Notes under the pieces: model-generated
What the model saw: the letters and a program-made list of their open reading frames with translations, nothing else
The model's database searches: none
Told to the model about the DNA's origin: nothing
Assembly: GCA_963555825.3 (NCBI GenBank)
Contig: CAUVXB020000002.1
Span: forward strand, 1,760,001-1,824,000
Length of the DNA stretch: 64,000 bases
DNA from: Alphaproteobacteria bacterium
Lineage (GTDB): Bacteria > Pseudomonadota > Alphaproteobacteria > JAAXGF01
Direction of reading: 5' to 3'
In this document: positions 10,306 through 21,537 of the stretch, one piece after another
How positions within the stretch are numbered: position 1 is the stretch's first letter
Layout of the letters: each line of letters opens with the position of its first letter
Made by a program: the position numbers and the translations under genes

Positions 10306-10590
10306 TTGATGACTTCCTACCCTGGCAGCCGCGAAGCGTCGCGCAGGCTCCAGACTGGCGCGCGGCTGGTCCGCGAGTGGAACGGCGTCAGCCACGTGGT
10401 CGAGGTGACCGAGGGCGGGTTGGTATGGAATGGCGACCGACACCGGTCGTTATCGGCAATCGCGCGCGCCATCACGCAAGCGATCCTCGACGGTCGCCAG
10501 CCCATCGAGCTGACGGCCAAACGGCTGAAACGGATATGCGATCTCCCCGTGTCGTGGGCGGAGCAGCGCCGGGTCCTGGGCTTCGCCTGA
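10306..10590 (+). pseudogene. DUF2924 fragment fused to C-terminal tail of a serine-recombinase-type integrase
   Basis: GARLVREWNG...SLSAIARAIT joined directly to AILDGRQP...LPVSWAEQRRVLGFA. Confidence 0.6.
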
Positions 10591-10795
10591 TCGATCGACC
10601 AGTGCACCTCACAGTTCGGACGAAAAGTTATGGCGCTCGAAACCGGCCGCGAGAGACGGTCGGTGGACTTGGCCCAAAATTCGTGAGTTCGCGCGTCTCC
10701 CGGCCACGGTCGCCGGCGGTGTCCCGGCCGAACGCCCCGGAACCGCGGCGTTTCCGCCGCGCGGTCTCATGGACCTCGGTTTGCCGGGAAGCGGG

Positions 10796-10871
10796 TGGTG
10801 GAGCCGAGGGGAATCGAACCCCTGACCTCGACATTGCGAACGTCGCGCTCTCCCAACTGAGCTACGGCCCC
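10796..10871 (-). tRNA. tRNA-Ala(CGC)
   Basis: GGGGCCGTAGCTCAG...CGACG-TT-CGC-AA-TGTCG...GGTTCGATTCC...CTCCACCA, 76 nt, G3:U70. Confidence 0.97.
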
Positions 10872-11072
10872 ACAGTACGCACAGGTTGCGCGCAGGTTTC
10901 GCGCTGGTTGCCCGCGGCTCGCGGGCGCGGCGATAATGTGGGCGATGCCAGCACTCTGTCAAGTCGCGCTTGGCGAATCGCGAGATCGGGGCTGCCGCGC
11001 GCCACGGAGTTGCGATATACTCCGCGCCGTCGCGCCGGGCGACCTTCCGAGACACTGTAAACGGCCCCCCCC

Positions 11073-11363
11073 ATGACCGCGTTAGTACTGCTCATCGACA
11101 CGGTGATCAATATCTACACCTGGGCCGTGATCGTTCATGTCGTGCTGAGCTGGCTGGTCGCCTTCCGCGTGGTCAACACGCAGAACCGCTTCGTCTATAT
11201 GGTCGGCGATTTCCTCTATCGCATCACCGAGCCCGTGCTCCGGCCGATCCGCAGGATCCTGCCCAACCTGGGCGGCATCGATATCGCGCCGATCGTGCTG
11301 CTGTTGTTGCTGTTCTTCCTGCGCAACCTGGTGATCTGCGACATGTTCAGCGCCTGCTACTAG
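11073..11363 (+). CDS. yggT: YggT family membrane protein
   Basis: LYRITEPVLRPIRRILPNLGGIDIAPIV. Confidence 0.92.
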   Translation: MTALVLLIDTVINIYTWAVIVHVVLSWLVAFRVVNTQNRFVYMVGDFLYRITEPVLRPIRRILPNLGGIDIAPIVLLLLLFFLRNLVICDMFSACY

Positions 11364-11374
11364 ACGGACCCGCC

Positions 11375-11707
11375 TTGACGACGCGAACGGCCCCATACGA
11401 CGCCGCGGCCGGCGGCCTGCGCGTTGCGCTCAAGGTGACGCCCAAGGCGGCGCGCGCCGCGATCGGCGGCCTCGGCGCTGACGCCGACGGCCGCGCCTAC
11501 CTCAAGGTCACGGTCACCGCCGCGCCCGAACGTGGCAAGGCGAACGCCGCGGTGATCAAACTGCTGGCGCGCGCTTGGCGCCTTGCGCCATCGGCGCTCT
11601 CGATCACCGGCGGGGCGACGGCGCGCCGCAAGACGCTGCACGTCGCGGGCGATACACCGGAACTGTTGAAACGACTGAACGAATGGATCGAAACACACCA
11701 TGTCTGA
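11375..11707 (+). CDS. DUF167 (YggU) family protein
   Basis: [29 protein letters not shown]; TTG start inferred. Confidence 0.85.
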   Translation: MTTRTAPYDAAAGGLRVALKVTPKAARAAIGGLGADADGRAYLKVTVTAAPERGKANAAVIKLLARAWRLAPSALSITGGATARRKTLHVAGDTPELLKRLNEWIETHHV

Positions 11708-12587
11708 TGCCGACATCATCGATGGAAAAGCCTTCGCGCAGGACTTGCGCGAACGCATCGGCCGCGAGGTCGCCCAACTCCAGGCGGCCGAGGGCATCAT
11801 CCCCGGTCTCGCCGTGGTATTGGTCGGTGACGACCCGGCGAGCCATGTCTACGTGCGCAACAAGAACAAGGCGACGCTCGAGGCCGGCATGAACAGCTGG
11901 GAGCACCGCATGCCGGCGACCGCGTCGCACGACGCGGTGATGGCCAAGGTGCACGAGCTCAACGCCGACGACGCGGTCGACGGCATCCTCGTGCAGCTTC
12001 CGCTGCCCGCCCGGGTCGACGCGCTCGCCGTCCTCGACGCCATCGACCCGGACAAGGATGTCGACGGCTTTCACGTCATCAATGTCGGCCGGCTGTCGAC
12101 CGGCCAGGACGCGCTGGTGCCGTGTACGCCGCTCGGCTGCTCGATGCTGCTCAAGGATCGCCTGGGCGACCTCAAGGGTATGGAGGCGGTCATCGTCGGA
12201 CGCTCCAACATCGTCGGCAAGCCGATGGCGCAACTGCTGCTCACCGAGCACTGCACGGTGACCGTCGCGCATTCGCGGACCATTGATCTCCCATCTGTAT
12301 GTCGCCGCGCGGACATCCTGATCGCCGCCGTCGGCCAGCCCAAGATGGTCGCCGGCGACTGGATCAAGCCGGGCGCCACGGTGATCGACGTCGGCATCAA
12401 CCGCATCGAGCGCGACGGCAAGAACAAGCTGGTCGGCGACGTCGACTTCGAGGCGGCGCGGTGCGTCGCCGGCGCGATCACCCCGGTGCCCGGCGGCGTC
12501 GGGCCGATGACCATCGCCTGCCTGCTGAACAACACGCTGACCGCGGCCTGCCGCCGGCACGGCGTCGCGCGACCCGAGGCAATATGA
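11700..12587 (+). CDS. folD: Methylenetetrahydrofolate dehydrogenase/cyclohydrolase
   Basis: [31 protein letters not shown]. Confidence 0.97.
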   Translation: MSDADIIDGKAFAQDLRERIGREVAQLQAAEGIIPGLAVVLVGDDPASHVYVRNKNKATLEAGMNSWEHRMPATASHDAVMAKVHELNADDAVDGILVQLPLPARVDALAVLDAIDPDKDVDGFHVINVGRLSTGQDALVPCTPLGCSMLLKDRLGDLKGMEAVIVGRSNIVGKPMAQLLLTEHCTVTVAHSRTIDLPSVCRRADILIAAVGQPKMVAGDWIKPGATVIDVGINRIERDGKNKLVGDVDFEAARCVAGAITPVPGGVGPMTIACLLNNTLTAACRRHGVARPEAI

Positions 12588-12600
12588 AAGTGAAATGCCG

Positions 12601-13290
12601 ATGATCGGCACGATCGGCGGCGTGGCGCTCGCGGCGGCGGTCTTCGTCGCGAGCCATATCGTGCTGTCGTCGACGCCGTTGCGCGGCGCGCTGGTCGGCG
12701 TGCTCGGCGCGGCGGGCTTTCGCGGTACTTATTCGGCGGTCGCGCTGGCAGCGCTGGTCTGGCTCGTCGCCGCCCACGGCGCCGCGCCCTATGTCGAGAT
12801 CTGGGGCCCGAGCACCGCGACGCGCCATCTGTCGCTCGTCGTCATGCCGTTCGCCGCGGTCCTGCTGGTCGCCGGCGTCACCGTGCGCAACCCGGCGGGC
12901 ATGATGGCGCCGGCGCCCGGCGGCGATCCCGCGCCCGGCATCCTCAAGGTGACGCGCCATCCGGTGATGTGGGCGATCGCGCTCTGGGCGCTCGCCCATA
13001 TGGCGGCCAACGGCGACGCCGCCTCGCTCTTGCTGTTCGGCGCTCTGGCGTTGCTCGCGCTCGCCGGCATGCCGCTCATCGACCGGCGCAAGGCCGCGGA
13101 ACTCGGCGCCGACTGGGGACCGATCCTGCTGACCACCTCGGTGCTGCCCTTCGCGGCGATGATCTCGGGCCGCGCCAGGTTCCGTTTCGCCGAGATCGGC
13201 GTCTGGCGTGTGCTCGCCGGCGTCGCGCTCTATCTCGCGCTGCTGCTGCTCCACGGCCCGGTAATCGGCCGCACCGCGCTGCCGGGGTAG
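12601..13290 (+). CDS. NnrU family membrane protein
   Basis: VTRHPVMW, LWALAHMAANGD, TSVLPFAA. Confidence 0.85.
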   Translation: MIGTIGGVALAAAVFVASHIVLSSTPLRGALVGVLGAAGFRGTYSAVALAALVWLVAAHGAAPYVEIWGPSTATRHLSLVVMPFAAVLLVAGVTVRNPAGMMAPAPGGDPAPGILKVTRHPVMWAIALWALAHMAANGDAASLLLFGALALLALAGMPLIDRRKAAELGADWGPILLTTSVLPFAAMISGRARFRFAEIGVWRVLAGVALYLALLLLHGPVIGRTALPG

Positions 13291-13296
13291 GTTTTC

Positions 13297-13414
13297 GAAC
13301 CACAGAGACACAGAGAAAAAATTTCAGTGGAAGAATTGATTGGCGCTTCGCGCCGGGGACGGCCTGATTCCGGGCGCTCCTCTGTGCCTCTGTGCCTCTG
13401 TGTCTCTGTGGTTC
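13297..13414. repeat. AACCACAGAG...CTCTGTGGTT palindromic dispersed repeat (copy 1)
   Basis: 8-bp CACAGAG(A/G) units in inverted arms. Confidence 0.8.
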
Positions 13415-13432
13415 TTCTTTCTTTTCGCTGCC

Positions 13433-14641
<1,209 letters not shown>

Positions 14642-14723
14642 GGCACCCTCCCCCGTCGCGCCGAAGCCGCGCAGTATAGGCATCGCGCGGACGGCGGCAA
14701 GCGATGTCAGAAAAGCGACGGTC

Positions 14724-14800
14724 GAACCACAGGGCCGCGGTGTTTGTAGAGGCGGGTTTGAAACCCGCCCCTACGACGGACGTCTCTGTGTCTCTGTGGT
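14724..14800. repeat. CACAGAG repeat (copy 2) containing GTAG-type REP hairpin at 14746-14774
   Basis: GTAGAGGCGGGTTTGAAACCCGCCCCTAC between AACCACAG and CTCTGTGGT. Confidence 0.75.
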
Positions 14801-14813
14801 CAATCGATCGTCG

Positions 14814-15947
14814 CTACGCCCTCACGGGTGCAGGGCGGGATTTGCGGGCGCGGACGCTGGCCGATTTGAGCTGGCCGCAGGCGGCTTGTATGTCGCGGCC
14901 GCGCGGCGTGCGCACGGGCGCGGCGTAGCCGGCGGCGTTGACGATCCTGGCGAAGGCTTTCATGGCCGCGTCGGTCGAGCATTCGTACGGCGCGCCGGGC
15001 CAGGCGTTGAACGGGATCAGGTTGACCTTGGCCGGGATGCCGGCGAGCAGCTTGACCAGGGCGCGGGCGTCGGCGGTCGAATCGTTGACGCCCTTGAGCA
15101 TGACGTATTCGAAGGTGATGCGCCGGGTGTTGCCGCCGGTCGGATAACTTCGGCACGCATCCAAGAGCGCGGCGATCGGGTATTTGCGGTTGAGCGGCAC
15201 CAAATCGTCGCGCATCTCGTCGGTCACCGCGTGCAGCGAGACCGCGAGATTGACGCCGAGTTCGGCGCCGCAGCGCTCGATCAGCGGCACCACGCCCGAG
15301 GTCGAGAGCGTGATGCGCCGCTTCGAGATCGCGATGCCTTCCGCGTCGCCGACGATCTTGAGCGCCTGGGCGATGGCCTCGAAGTTGTACAACGGCTCGC
15401 CCATGCCCATGACGACGATGTTCGACAGCATGCGTCCTTCGGCTGGCGACGGCCATTCGCCGAGCGCGTCGCGCGCCAGCATGACCTGGCCGACGATCTC
15501 GCCGGCCGCCAGGTTGCGCACCAGGCCTTGCGTACCGGTGTAGCAAAAGCGGCAACTCAGCGTGCAGCCGACCTGCGAGGAGATGCACAGCGCGCCGCGT
15601 CCGTCCTCGGGGATGTGAACGCATTCGATCTCGTGGCCGTCGACCATCCTGAGCAGCCACTTGCGCGTCCCGTCGACCGACGTCTCGACGCGCGACACCT
15701 TGGGCCGGGCGATCACGAAACGCTCGGCGAAGGCCTCGCGCGAGCGCTTGGCGAGGTTGGTCATGGCCTCAAAGTCGGTGACGCCCCGGTAGTAGATCCA
15801 GTGCCACAGCTGCTTGGCGCGGTAGGGCTTCTCGTCGAGCGCCTCCATTTCGGCGGCGAGTTCCTCGCGGTCGAGGCCGACGAGATCGAGGCGCCCGTCG
15901 CCGAGCACCTGCTCGGGCGGCGCGAAGGCCTTGGGTGACGCGATCAT
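14814..15947 (-). CDS. rlmN: 23S rRNA/tRNA methyltransferase RlmN
   Basis: [27 protein letters not shown]. Confidence 0.97.
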   Translation of the reverse strand: MIASPKAFAPPEQVLGDGRLDLVGLDREELAAEMEALDEKPYRAKQLWHWIYYRGVTDFEAMTNLAKRSREAFAERFVIARPKVSRVETSVDGTRKWLLRMVDGHEIECVHIPEDGRGALCISSQVGCTLSCRFCYTGTQGLVRNLAAGEIVGQVMLARDALGEWPSPAEGRMLSNIVVMGMGEPLYNFEAIAQALKIVGDAEGIAISKRRITLSTSGVVPLIERCGAELGVNLAVSLHAVTDEMRDDLVPLNRKYPIAALLDACRSYPTGGNTRRITFEYVMLKGVNDSTADARALVKLLAGIPAKVNLIPFNAWPGAPYECSTDAAMKAFARIVNAAGYAAPVRTPRGRDIQAACGQLKSASVRARKSRPAPVRA

Positions 15948-16008
15948 GGCCCGCTAGATATACGCCGCGCGGGTGCTTTGGCAAGCGTGCGCCGACGACT
16001 CATTACTT

Positions 16009-16245
16009 CCAGCCCGCGCCAATCTTGATTCCAACAAGAGGGCGGGCCGCCGACCGTTCGGACAATCCTTGTGGGATAAAGAATGGCCTTGTGGGATCAA
16101 GAATGGCCTTGTGGGATCAAGATTGGCCTTGTGGGATAAAGATTGGCCTTGTGGGATAAAGATTGGCATGCGCGGCGACTGAGCGCAGGTCACCTTAGCG
16201 TGAGTCAAAGATGACCGCACAAAAAGTGACCGCACCAAATATCTA
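16009..16245 (-). repeat. MITE-like element copy A with ~5 x 20-bp tandem units (16067-16167)
   Basis: GA(A/T)TGGCCTTGTGGGAT(C/A)AA units next to the GGTGACCTGCGCTCA motif. Confidence 0.85.
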
Positions 16246-16761
16246 CAGCCCGCAGGCCTTGCCGATGGTGTTGTGGGCGGCGGTGAAGCCGGCGAGCGAA
16301 TAGGTGTCGGTGGTCGCCGTGCCGCGCGACGAGGTGCCCTTGATGACCATCGTCGAGCCGGCGCGCATCGCCTTGACCAGCGCCACATCGTCGGCCGCGC
16401 TCGATGCCCAGGCGGTGTTGCCGTGGACGAACAGCGTGAACGCGGCGCCGCCGATGGCGATCGTGACCTGACTGTCTTCCTTGTAGGTGTAGCCGGTGTG
16501 CACACTGACCACGTTGAGCGCCTTGGTCGCCGGACGGTGGCTGACCATGGCGTAGATCTTGCCGCGCTGGGTGTATTTGCCCTCGTCCTTGGTCGGCGTA
16601 CTCGCCATGTAGCAGAGGTTCTTGCCGCCCTGCTGAGTGCGGTAGGCGGTCCATTTCTTGAATTGGCCGAGGCTGTCGACCTGCTGGGCGTGGGCAGGCG
16701 CGGCGATTGACACCAGCACGAGGGGCGCGAGGGCGAGGAGCAGGGTTCGGATCATCATCAT
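16243..16761 (-). CDS. Invasion-associated locus B (IalB) family exported protein
   Basis: Signal peptide, FKKWTAY, KGTSSRGT.TTDTYSLAGFTAA; common rlmN neighbour. Confidence 0.8.
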   Translation of the reverse strand: MMMIRTLLLALAPLVLVSIAAPAHAQQVDSLGQFKKWTAYRTQQGGKNLCYMASTPTKDEGKYTQRGKIYAMVSHRPATKALNVVSVHTGYTYKEDSQVTIAIGGAAFTLFVHGNTAWASSAADDVALVKAMRAGSTMVIKGTSSRGTATTDTYSLAGFTAAHNTIGKACGL

Positions 16762-16833
16762 GTCAAGAAAATTAACCGGCTCGACCGCCCATGCCAAGCC
16801 CTCCTGTGGTGCCGGTCGTCGCCAACGGCGCGA

Positions 16834-17304
16834 TTATCCGCGCCCGCGGTAGGGCGCGACGCCGGTATCGGGCAGCCACAGCCCCTCGGGCGGCTCGGCC
16901 GTCTGGTAGAAGACATCGATCGGCATGCCGCCGCGCGGGTACCAATAGCCGCCGATGCGCAGCCAGACCGGCGCGATCTCGTCGACCAGACGGCGCGCGA
17001 TGGCCACCGTGGTTGCCTCGTGGAGGGCGCCGTGGTTGCGGAACGAGCCGAGGTAGAGCTTGAGCGACTTGCTCTCGACGATCGCCGCATCGGGCACGTA
17101 GTCGATCACCAGATGGGCGAAATCGGGCTGGCCGGTGACCGGGCAGAGGCAGGTGAACTCGGGCGCCGTGAAGCGCACCACATAGGTCTCGTCGGGCCGC
17201 GGGTTGGCGACCTTCTCGATGACCGCCTCGTCGGGCGAGGCCGGCAGCGCACTCGTGCCGCCGAGCTGGCCGAGGCCCCGGTATGGCGCGTCGTCGTCGG
17301 ACAT
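16834..17304 (-). CDS. queF: preQ1 synthase
   Basis: [32 protein letters not shown]. Confidence 0.96.
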   Translation of the reverse strand: MSDDDAPYRGLGQLGGTSALPASPDEAVIEKVANPRPDETYVVRFTAPEFTCLCPVTGQPDFAHLVIDYVPDAAIVESKSLKLYLGSFRNHGALHEATTVAIARRLVDEIAPVWLRIGGYWYPRGGMPIDVFYQTAEPPEGLWLPDTGVAPYRGRG

Positions 17305-17340
17305 GGCGCTGTTGTCGCCGCCGCGCGTGCGTCCGTCAAG

Positions 17341-17513
17341 GGTATTTGGTTTCCGGCCACCTTCGGTGACCTGCGCTCAATCGTCGCGCAGGCCAACCTT
17401 ATGGGATAAAGGCCGGCCGAACGGTCGGCGGCCCCCCCCCCCCCCCTCTTGTTGGAAATAGGATTGGCGCGGGCTGGTAGAATGTGACCGGTTCTATTCG
17501 ATCGGAGTATGCC
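17341..17513 (+). repeat. MITE-like element copy B
   Basis: GGTGACCTGCGCTCAATCG...CCGAACGGTCGGCGGCC...GATTGGCGCGGGCTGG. Confidence 0.8.
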
Positions 17514-17514
17514 T

Positions 17515-18945
17515 TCAGACCTCGAGCGGTGGGCGGCGTTGGGCCCAGGGGGCGGCTTTCTCGAGCTGGCCGGCGAGGCGCAACAGTGTCGCCTCGTCGC
17601 CGAAGCGGCCGACGAACTGGGCGCCGATCGGCAGGCCCGTCTGCGACCAGTAGAGCGGCACCGACATGGCCGGCGCGCCGGTCGCGTTCGACAGCGGCGG
17701 GAAGGACGCGAAGGCGCTGCTCTCGGCGATATAGGCGTCGACGTCGTCGCTCATCGTGTCGAGCACGCCGAGCGGCAGCGGCGGCTTGGCCATGCACGGC
17801 GTCAACAGCACGTCGTAATCGAGCATGAAGCGCGCGACCTGGCGGCCGACCCGGTGGATCGTTGCGACCGCGGCGGTGTAGTCGGCGCCGCTGACGCTGG
17901 CGCCCCTCTCGGCCATCGCGCGGGTCATGTTCTCGACCTCGCCGGCCCAGTCGCGGCCGCGCTCGCGCCCGCCCTCGATCACGCCGTTCAGCGTGTTGGC
18001 GGTGACGATCTTGAGGAAGGCGTCGGCCAGGCTCTCCTTGTCGTATGTCGGCGCGGCTTCGGCGACCCGGTGGCCCAGCTCGGCGCACAGCGTGGCGGCG
18101 CGCTCCATCGCGGCGATGCATTCGGCGTCGACCGGCGCGCCGGTCGGCGTCTCGGCCGAGACCGCGATGCGCAGTTCGCCGGGATCGGCGCCGACCTCGT
18201 CGGCGAAGGACCGCGCGGGCGGCGGCGCCCAATAGGGATCGCCGACGTCCGGGCCGGCGCCGGCGTCCAACAGCGCCGCCGAATCGCGCACGCTGAGCGT
18301 GATCGCGTGGCCGACCGCCATGCCGGCCCAGCCCTCGCCCGCGTCGGGACCGCGGGGCGTCCGCCCGCGCGTCGGCTTGAGGCCGAACAGGCCGCAGCAC
18401 GACGCCGGAACGCGGATCGAGCCGCCGCCGTCGCTGGCGTGCGCCGCCGGCACGATACGCGCGGCGACCGCCGCCGCCGCGCCGCCCGACGAGCCGCCCG
18501 GCGTGCGGCTCGTGTCCCACGGGTTACGCGTCGCGCCGTGCAGATGCGGCTCCGTGGTATAGGCGATGCCCATCTCGGGTGAGTTGGTGCGGCCGAAGAT
18601 GACCAGGCCGGCGCGCCGGTAGCGCGCCACCAGCTCGCTGTCGTGGTCGCAGACGAAATCAGCGAAGAGCCTGGAGCCGTTGGTCATGGCCGAGCCGGCG
18701 TAGGGCGCGAAGAGGTCCTTCAAGAGGAACGGCACGCCCCTGAGCGGCCCGTCGGGCAGCCCCGCCTCGATCGCCGCCTGGGCCGCGTCGTACATCTTCA
18801 CCGAGACCGCGTTGATCACCGGATCGACCGCCTCGAGCCGGGCGATCGCGGTCTCGAGCAGCTCGCCCGCCGTCGTCTCGCCCTCGTCCACCAGATGCGC
18901 CAGCCCGACGGCGTCGTAACGGTCGTAGTCGTCGAAGATGGTCAT
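17515..18945 (-). CDS. Amidase signature family enzyme
   Basis: [26 protein letters not shown]. Confidence 0.93.
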   Translation of the reverse strand: MTIFDDYDRYDAVGLAHLVDEGETTAGELLETAIARLEAVDPVINAVSVKMYDAAQAAIEAGLPDGPLRGVPFLLKDLFAPYAGSAMTNGSRLFADFVCDHDSELVARYRRAGLVIFGRTNSPEMGIAYTTEPHLHGATRNPWDTSRTPGGSSGGAAAAVAARIVPAAHASDGGGSIRVPASCCGLFGLKPTRGRTPRGPDAGEGWAGMAVGHAITLSVRDSAALLDAGAGPDVGDPYWAPPPARSFADEVGADPGELRIAVSAETPTGAPVDAECIAAMERAATLCAELGHRVAEAAPTYDKESLADAFLKIVTANTLNGVIEGGRERGRDWAGEVENMTRAMAERGASVSGADYTAAVATIHRVGRQVARFMLDYDVLLTPCMAKPPLPLGVLDTMSDDVDAYIAESSAFASFPPLSNATGAPAMSVPLYWSQTGLPIGAQFVGRFGDEATLLRLAGQLEKAAPWAQRRPPLEV

Positions 18946-18954
18946 GTGGCGCCC

Positions 18955-19131
18955 CTATCCCCGACCCAGCAATTCATCGACGTTAAGGCCGATATCGCGG
19001 GCAATCTTTCGTAGCAGCGTCGGGGAGATGTCACGCCCGGCATGAAAGGGCACCGTCGTGCCACGTCCATCGGCATGCCGGAATTGTTTGTGGGAGCCAC
19101 GCTGGCGGATTTCGACGAAGCCGTGCCGCAC
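18955..19131 (-). pseudogene. hicA: HicA toxin, N-terminally truncated
   Basis: GFVEIRQRGSHKQFRHADGRGTTVPFHAGRDI...LLRKIARD; N-terminus replaced by a MITE end. Confidence 0.8.
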
Positions 19132-19154
19132 CTATCCATAGTGAGAAGTCCGGG

Positions 19155-19364
19155 CTAGGCGACCTGGATCCTGCGCACGCCGACGAATTCCGACTCGAGC
19201 GCCGGCTCACCGTCCTCCAGAAGCATCTCGATGACCTCCTGGAGGTTGCGCTCGACCTCGTTCAGATCGGCGCCCTGGGTGTGCGCGCCGGGCCAGCCGG
19301 GCACATAGCCGACGTAGACCCCGGTGTCCGCATCCCGCTCTACGACAAAGTCGAACGTTCGCAT
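19155..19364 (-). CDS. hicB: HicB-like antitoxin (short form)
   Basis: YVGYVPGWPGAHTQG...NLQEVIEMLLE; GGAGG RBS. Confidence 0.85.
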   Translation of the reverse strand: MRTFDFVVERDADTGVYVGYVPGWPGAHTQGADLNEVERNLQEVIEMLLEDGEPALESEFVGVRRIQVA

Positions 19365-19465
19365 GCGCCTCGTGCCTCCGGTTCCGTCTCGAAGAGAGAC
19401 TATCGCCCCGAGGACCGCCGGTCCAGTCGGCCTAGCGATGATCGGATGACCCGCGTCGATCATCC

Positions 19466-19595
19466 GATCGACCGCCTCGAGCCGGGCGATCGCGGTCTCG
19501 AGCAGCTCGCCCGCCGTCGTCTCGCCCTCGCGCACCAAATGCGCCAGCCCAACGGCGTCGTAGCGGTCGTAATCGTCGAATGTGGTCATGTGGCG
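19466..19595 (-). repeat. 130-bp duplicate of the amidase 5' end (other copy 18822-18951)
   Basis: [40 protein letters not shown] repeated with few substitutions. Confidence 0.9.
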
Positions 19596-19740
19596 GGCTC
19601 CCTGCCGATTGCCTCTGATGGAGAATCTCGGTCGGCCGATACCCTATCTCAGTCGCAAGGAGGCGCAAGGTTGGAGGTTGGAGGGGTGCCATGTGCTATG
19701 CGCAGGGGCCGCGCCAGCACGCGTCGACGTACGTTCTAGC

Positions 19741-20553
19741 TTAAAACGGAATCTCAACGTCCAGTTCAGGCGTCGATACTGCCGCCGATTCGCGGCGCTT
19801 CAACCGGCTTTACAAACCCCGAAGGAACCGAATCGACGCCGACACATGGTTGAAGATCAGGAGTGCCTCATCGTAGTTAAGAAGCACGTTGTCGTGAGCG
19901 AGGCTTTGATTGTTCCGCACATGATTAAAGGCCTCCAAAGTCGAAATGCTCGACTTGAGGATACGATCAGTCATCCCGGACTCGATGTGATCGCCCCGCC
20001 GGAGATGCTTGACATACTCTCCGAACAGACTGTGCAGTGGCTTGTCACGGTTGACGGTGATGCCCCGCGGCTCACATAGCGACCGAACGAACATCGTGAC
20101 GAAGGTGTGCAGGCGGTCAAGGCCGGCTTCCGGTTCGTTCTTTTCTATCGCCTCACGGACCGCCTTAGCGACGATCTCGAAATTCGGCTCGTCGGCGGTC
20201 ACTGTCAAAGCGTCTAGTTCAGATACAGTACTGGTCTCGGAGAGGCGTGACACAATTTTCTGGCAGTCATCGACCAATGACGAATCACGCAGCAAACCCT
20301 CGCTTTGCCCGCAGTCGATAAGCTCTCCGATCAGCTTGGCGACCAAAGGATTGGCCTCTTCGTTCCAAAATGCTCGCAACCTGTTAGCCTTCGATCCGCT
20401 CCCATAGTCGTATTTCTCATCGTAGATACCGCGCCCTGTGGTATCGAGGACAAATTCTTCGAAAGTCCGATTAGAAAATTCGAGCACATACCCTGAGCCC
20501 ATCCCGAAAAGGCGCTCAAGCTTTCGCTTCTCCATCGCTTTTAGATCAGACAT
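19741..20553 (-). pseudogene. Abortive-infection family protein (AbiJ-like N-terminus, HEPN-like C-terminus), in-frame TAA at 19810-19812
   Basis: GYVLEFSNRTF, SKANRLRAFW, RNNQSLAH; frame continues to ...LDVEIPF*. Confidence 0.7.
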
Positions 20554-20747
20554 TGGACACTACAATTCTTCCGACCATGCACACTGGCCAACGAGGTGCG
20601 AAATTTGAGACCACCGATGCCCGCCTCGAATATGATCATAAGCTCCTTCGCAGACAATGAACGTCTCTAACACGCTATAGTCGTATCGCTGAATTCGCTT
20701 CTCCCATTTCGCCAGCGATTGGCAGCGTTAAGCAACGGAGTGCAGAC

Positions 20748-21431
20748 ATGTCAAACGGACAGCTAGCTGCGACGTTGATCCAGCAGATCGACATTATAGT
20801 GCAAGAATTTGAGGCGAATCTTGCCCGCTCTCAATATGACGACTGTTCCGACGTGATGTCCGAGACCAAGGCGGTGGAGTTAGCTACCCGCGGCTATGCG
20901 GCGATTGAGCGAATTTCGGGTGCCGACTCGACATATTGGCGACGCGCTGAGGAGATCCGAGGTGATGAAGCGTACGAACACATGAAGTTGGTCCGTCTGG
21001 TGGGGGTGCTGGGATCGTTAAGCGCCGATATAAAGGCTGGGTACCTGCGCACGTTCGAGGAGTTAATCCACGGCGAGTTATTCGGCGACTTTTTTTAAAT
21101 GGCTCGGCACCTCCAGGAGGGCGGCTATAAGGACGCTGCGGCGGTAATCACAGGCAGCGCATTAGAGGCACATTTGCGGCAGCTCGCTAAACGAGCTGGA
21201 GTAAGCATTGAAAAATCGACTTCGAAAGGTGTCCGACCGAAGAAAGCTGACCAAATCAACGCTGAGCTTGCCAAGGCAGCGACATATCCGGTCATGGACC
21301 AGAAGAATGTTACGGCATGGCTGGATCTCCGCAATAAGGCTGCGCATGGCCACTATGGCGATTACCAGTCGGAACAAGTCGCACTCATGATTGACGCCGT
21401 TCGCAACTTCATGACGAGACATCCAGCCTAA
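20748..21431 (+). pseudogene. HEPN (DUF4145-like) protein split by TAA at 21096-21098
   Basis: GELFGDFF*MARHL..GYKDAAAV..GSALEAHLRQL...LRNKAAHG; the two ORFs are in frame. Confidence 0.75.
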
Positions 21432-21442
21432 TGTTGCTCGTT

Positions 21443-21535
21443 GCCTAACGGGCCGCTTCAGTCGGCGAATGGTGCAGGCGCGCTAAGATAGTTAGAGACG
21501 ATCGTGACCGCGCCTGGCGGCTGAACTCAGCCACT
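21443..21535 (+). other. attC-like site (R' end degraded)
   Basis: GCCTAAC-5bp-G(C)TTCAGT...CAGGCGCG...CGCGCCTG...GCTGAAC; GTTAAGC core at 20727 upstream of the ORF. Confidence 0.55.
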
Positions 21536-21537
21536 CC

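Noticed and set aside
16067-16167. 20-bp arrays (also 25795-25985) as CRISPR
   Set aside because: Units are head-to-tail with no unique spacers, and there are no cas genes in the window
15973-16182. Repeat-peptide ORFs (also 25743-26116)
   Set aside because: Open frames arise from translating the stop-free 20-bp array; no sign they are real genes
17432-17446. Poly-C tract as a phase-variation switch
   Set aside because: Lies in a non-coding repeat where other copies read CCCGCCC; may be a homopolymer error
19810-21098. TAA reassigned to Glu
   Set aside because: TAA ends normal genes here (gspF, quinone oxidoreductase, yciI)
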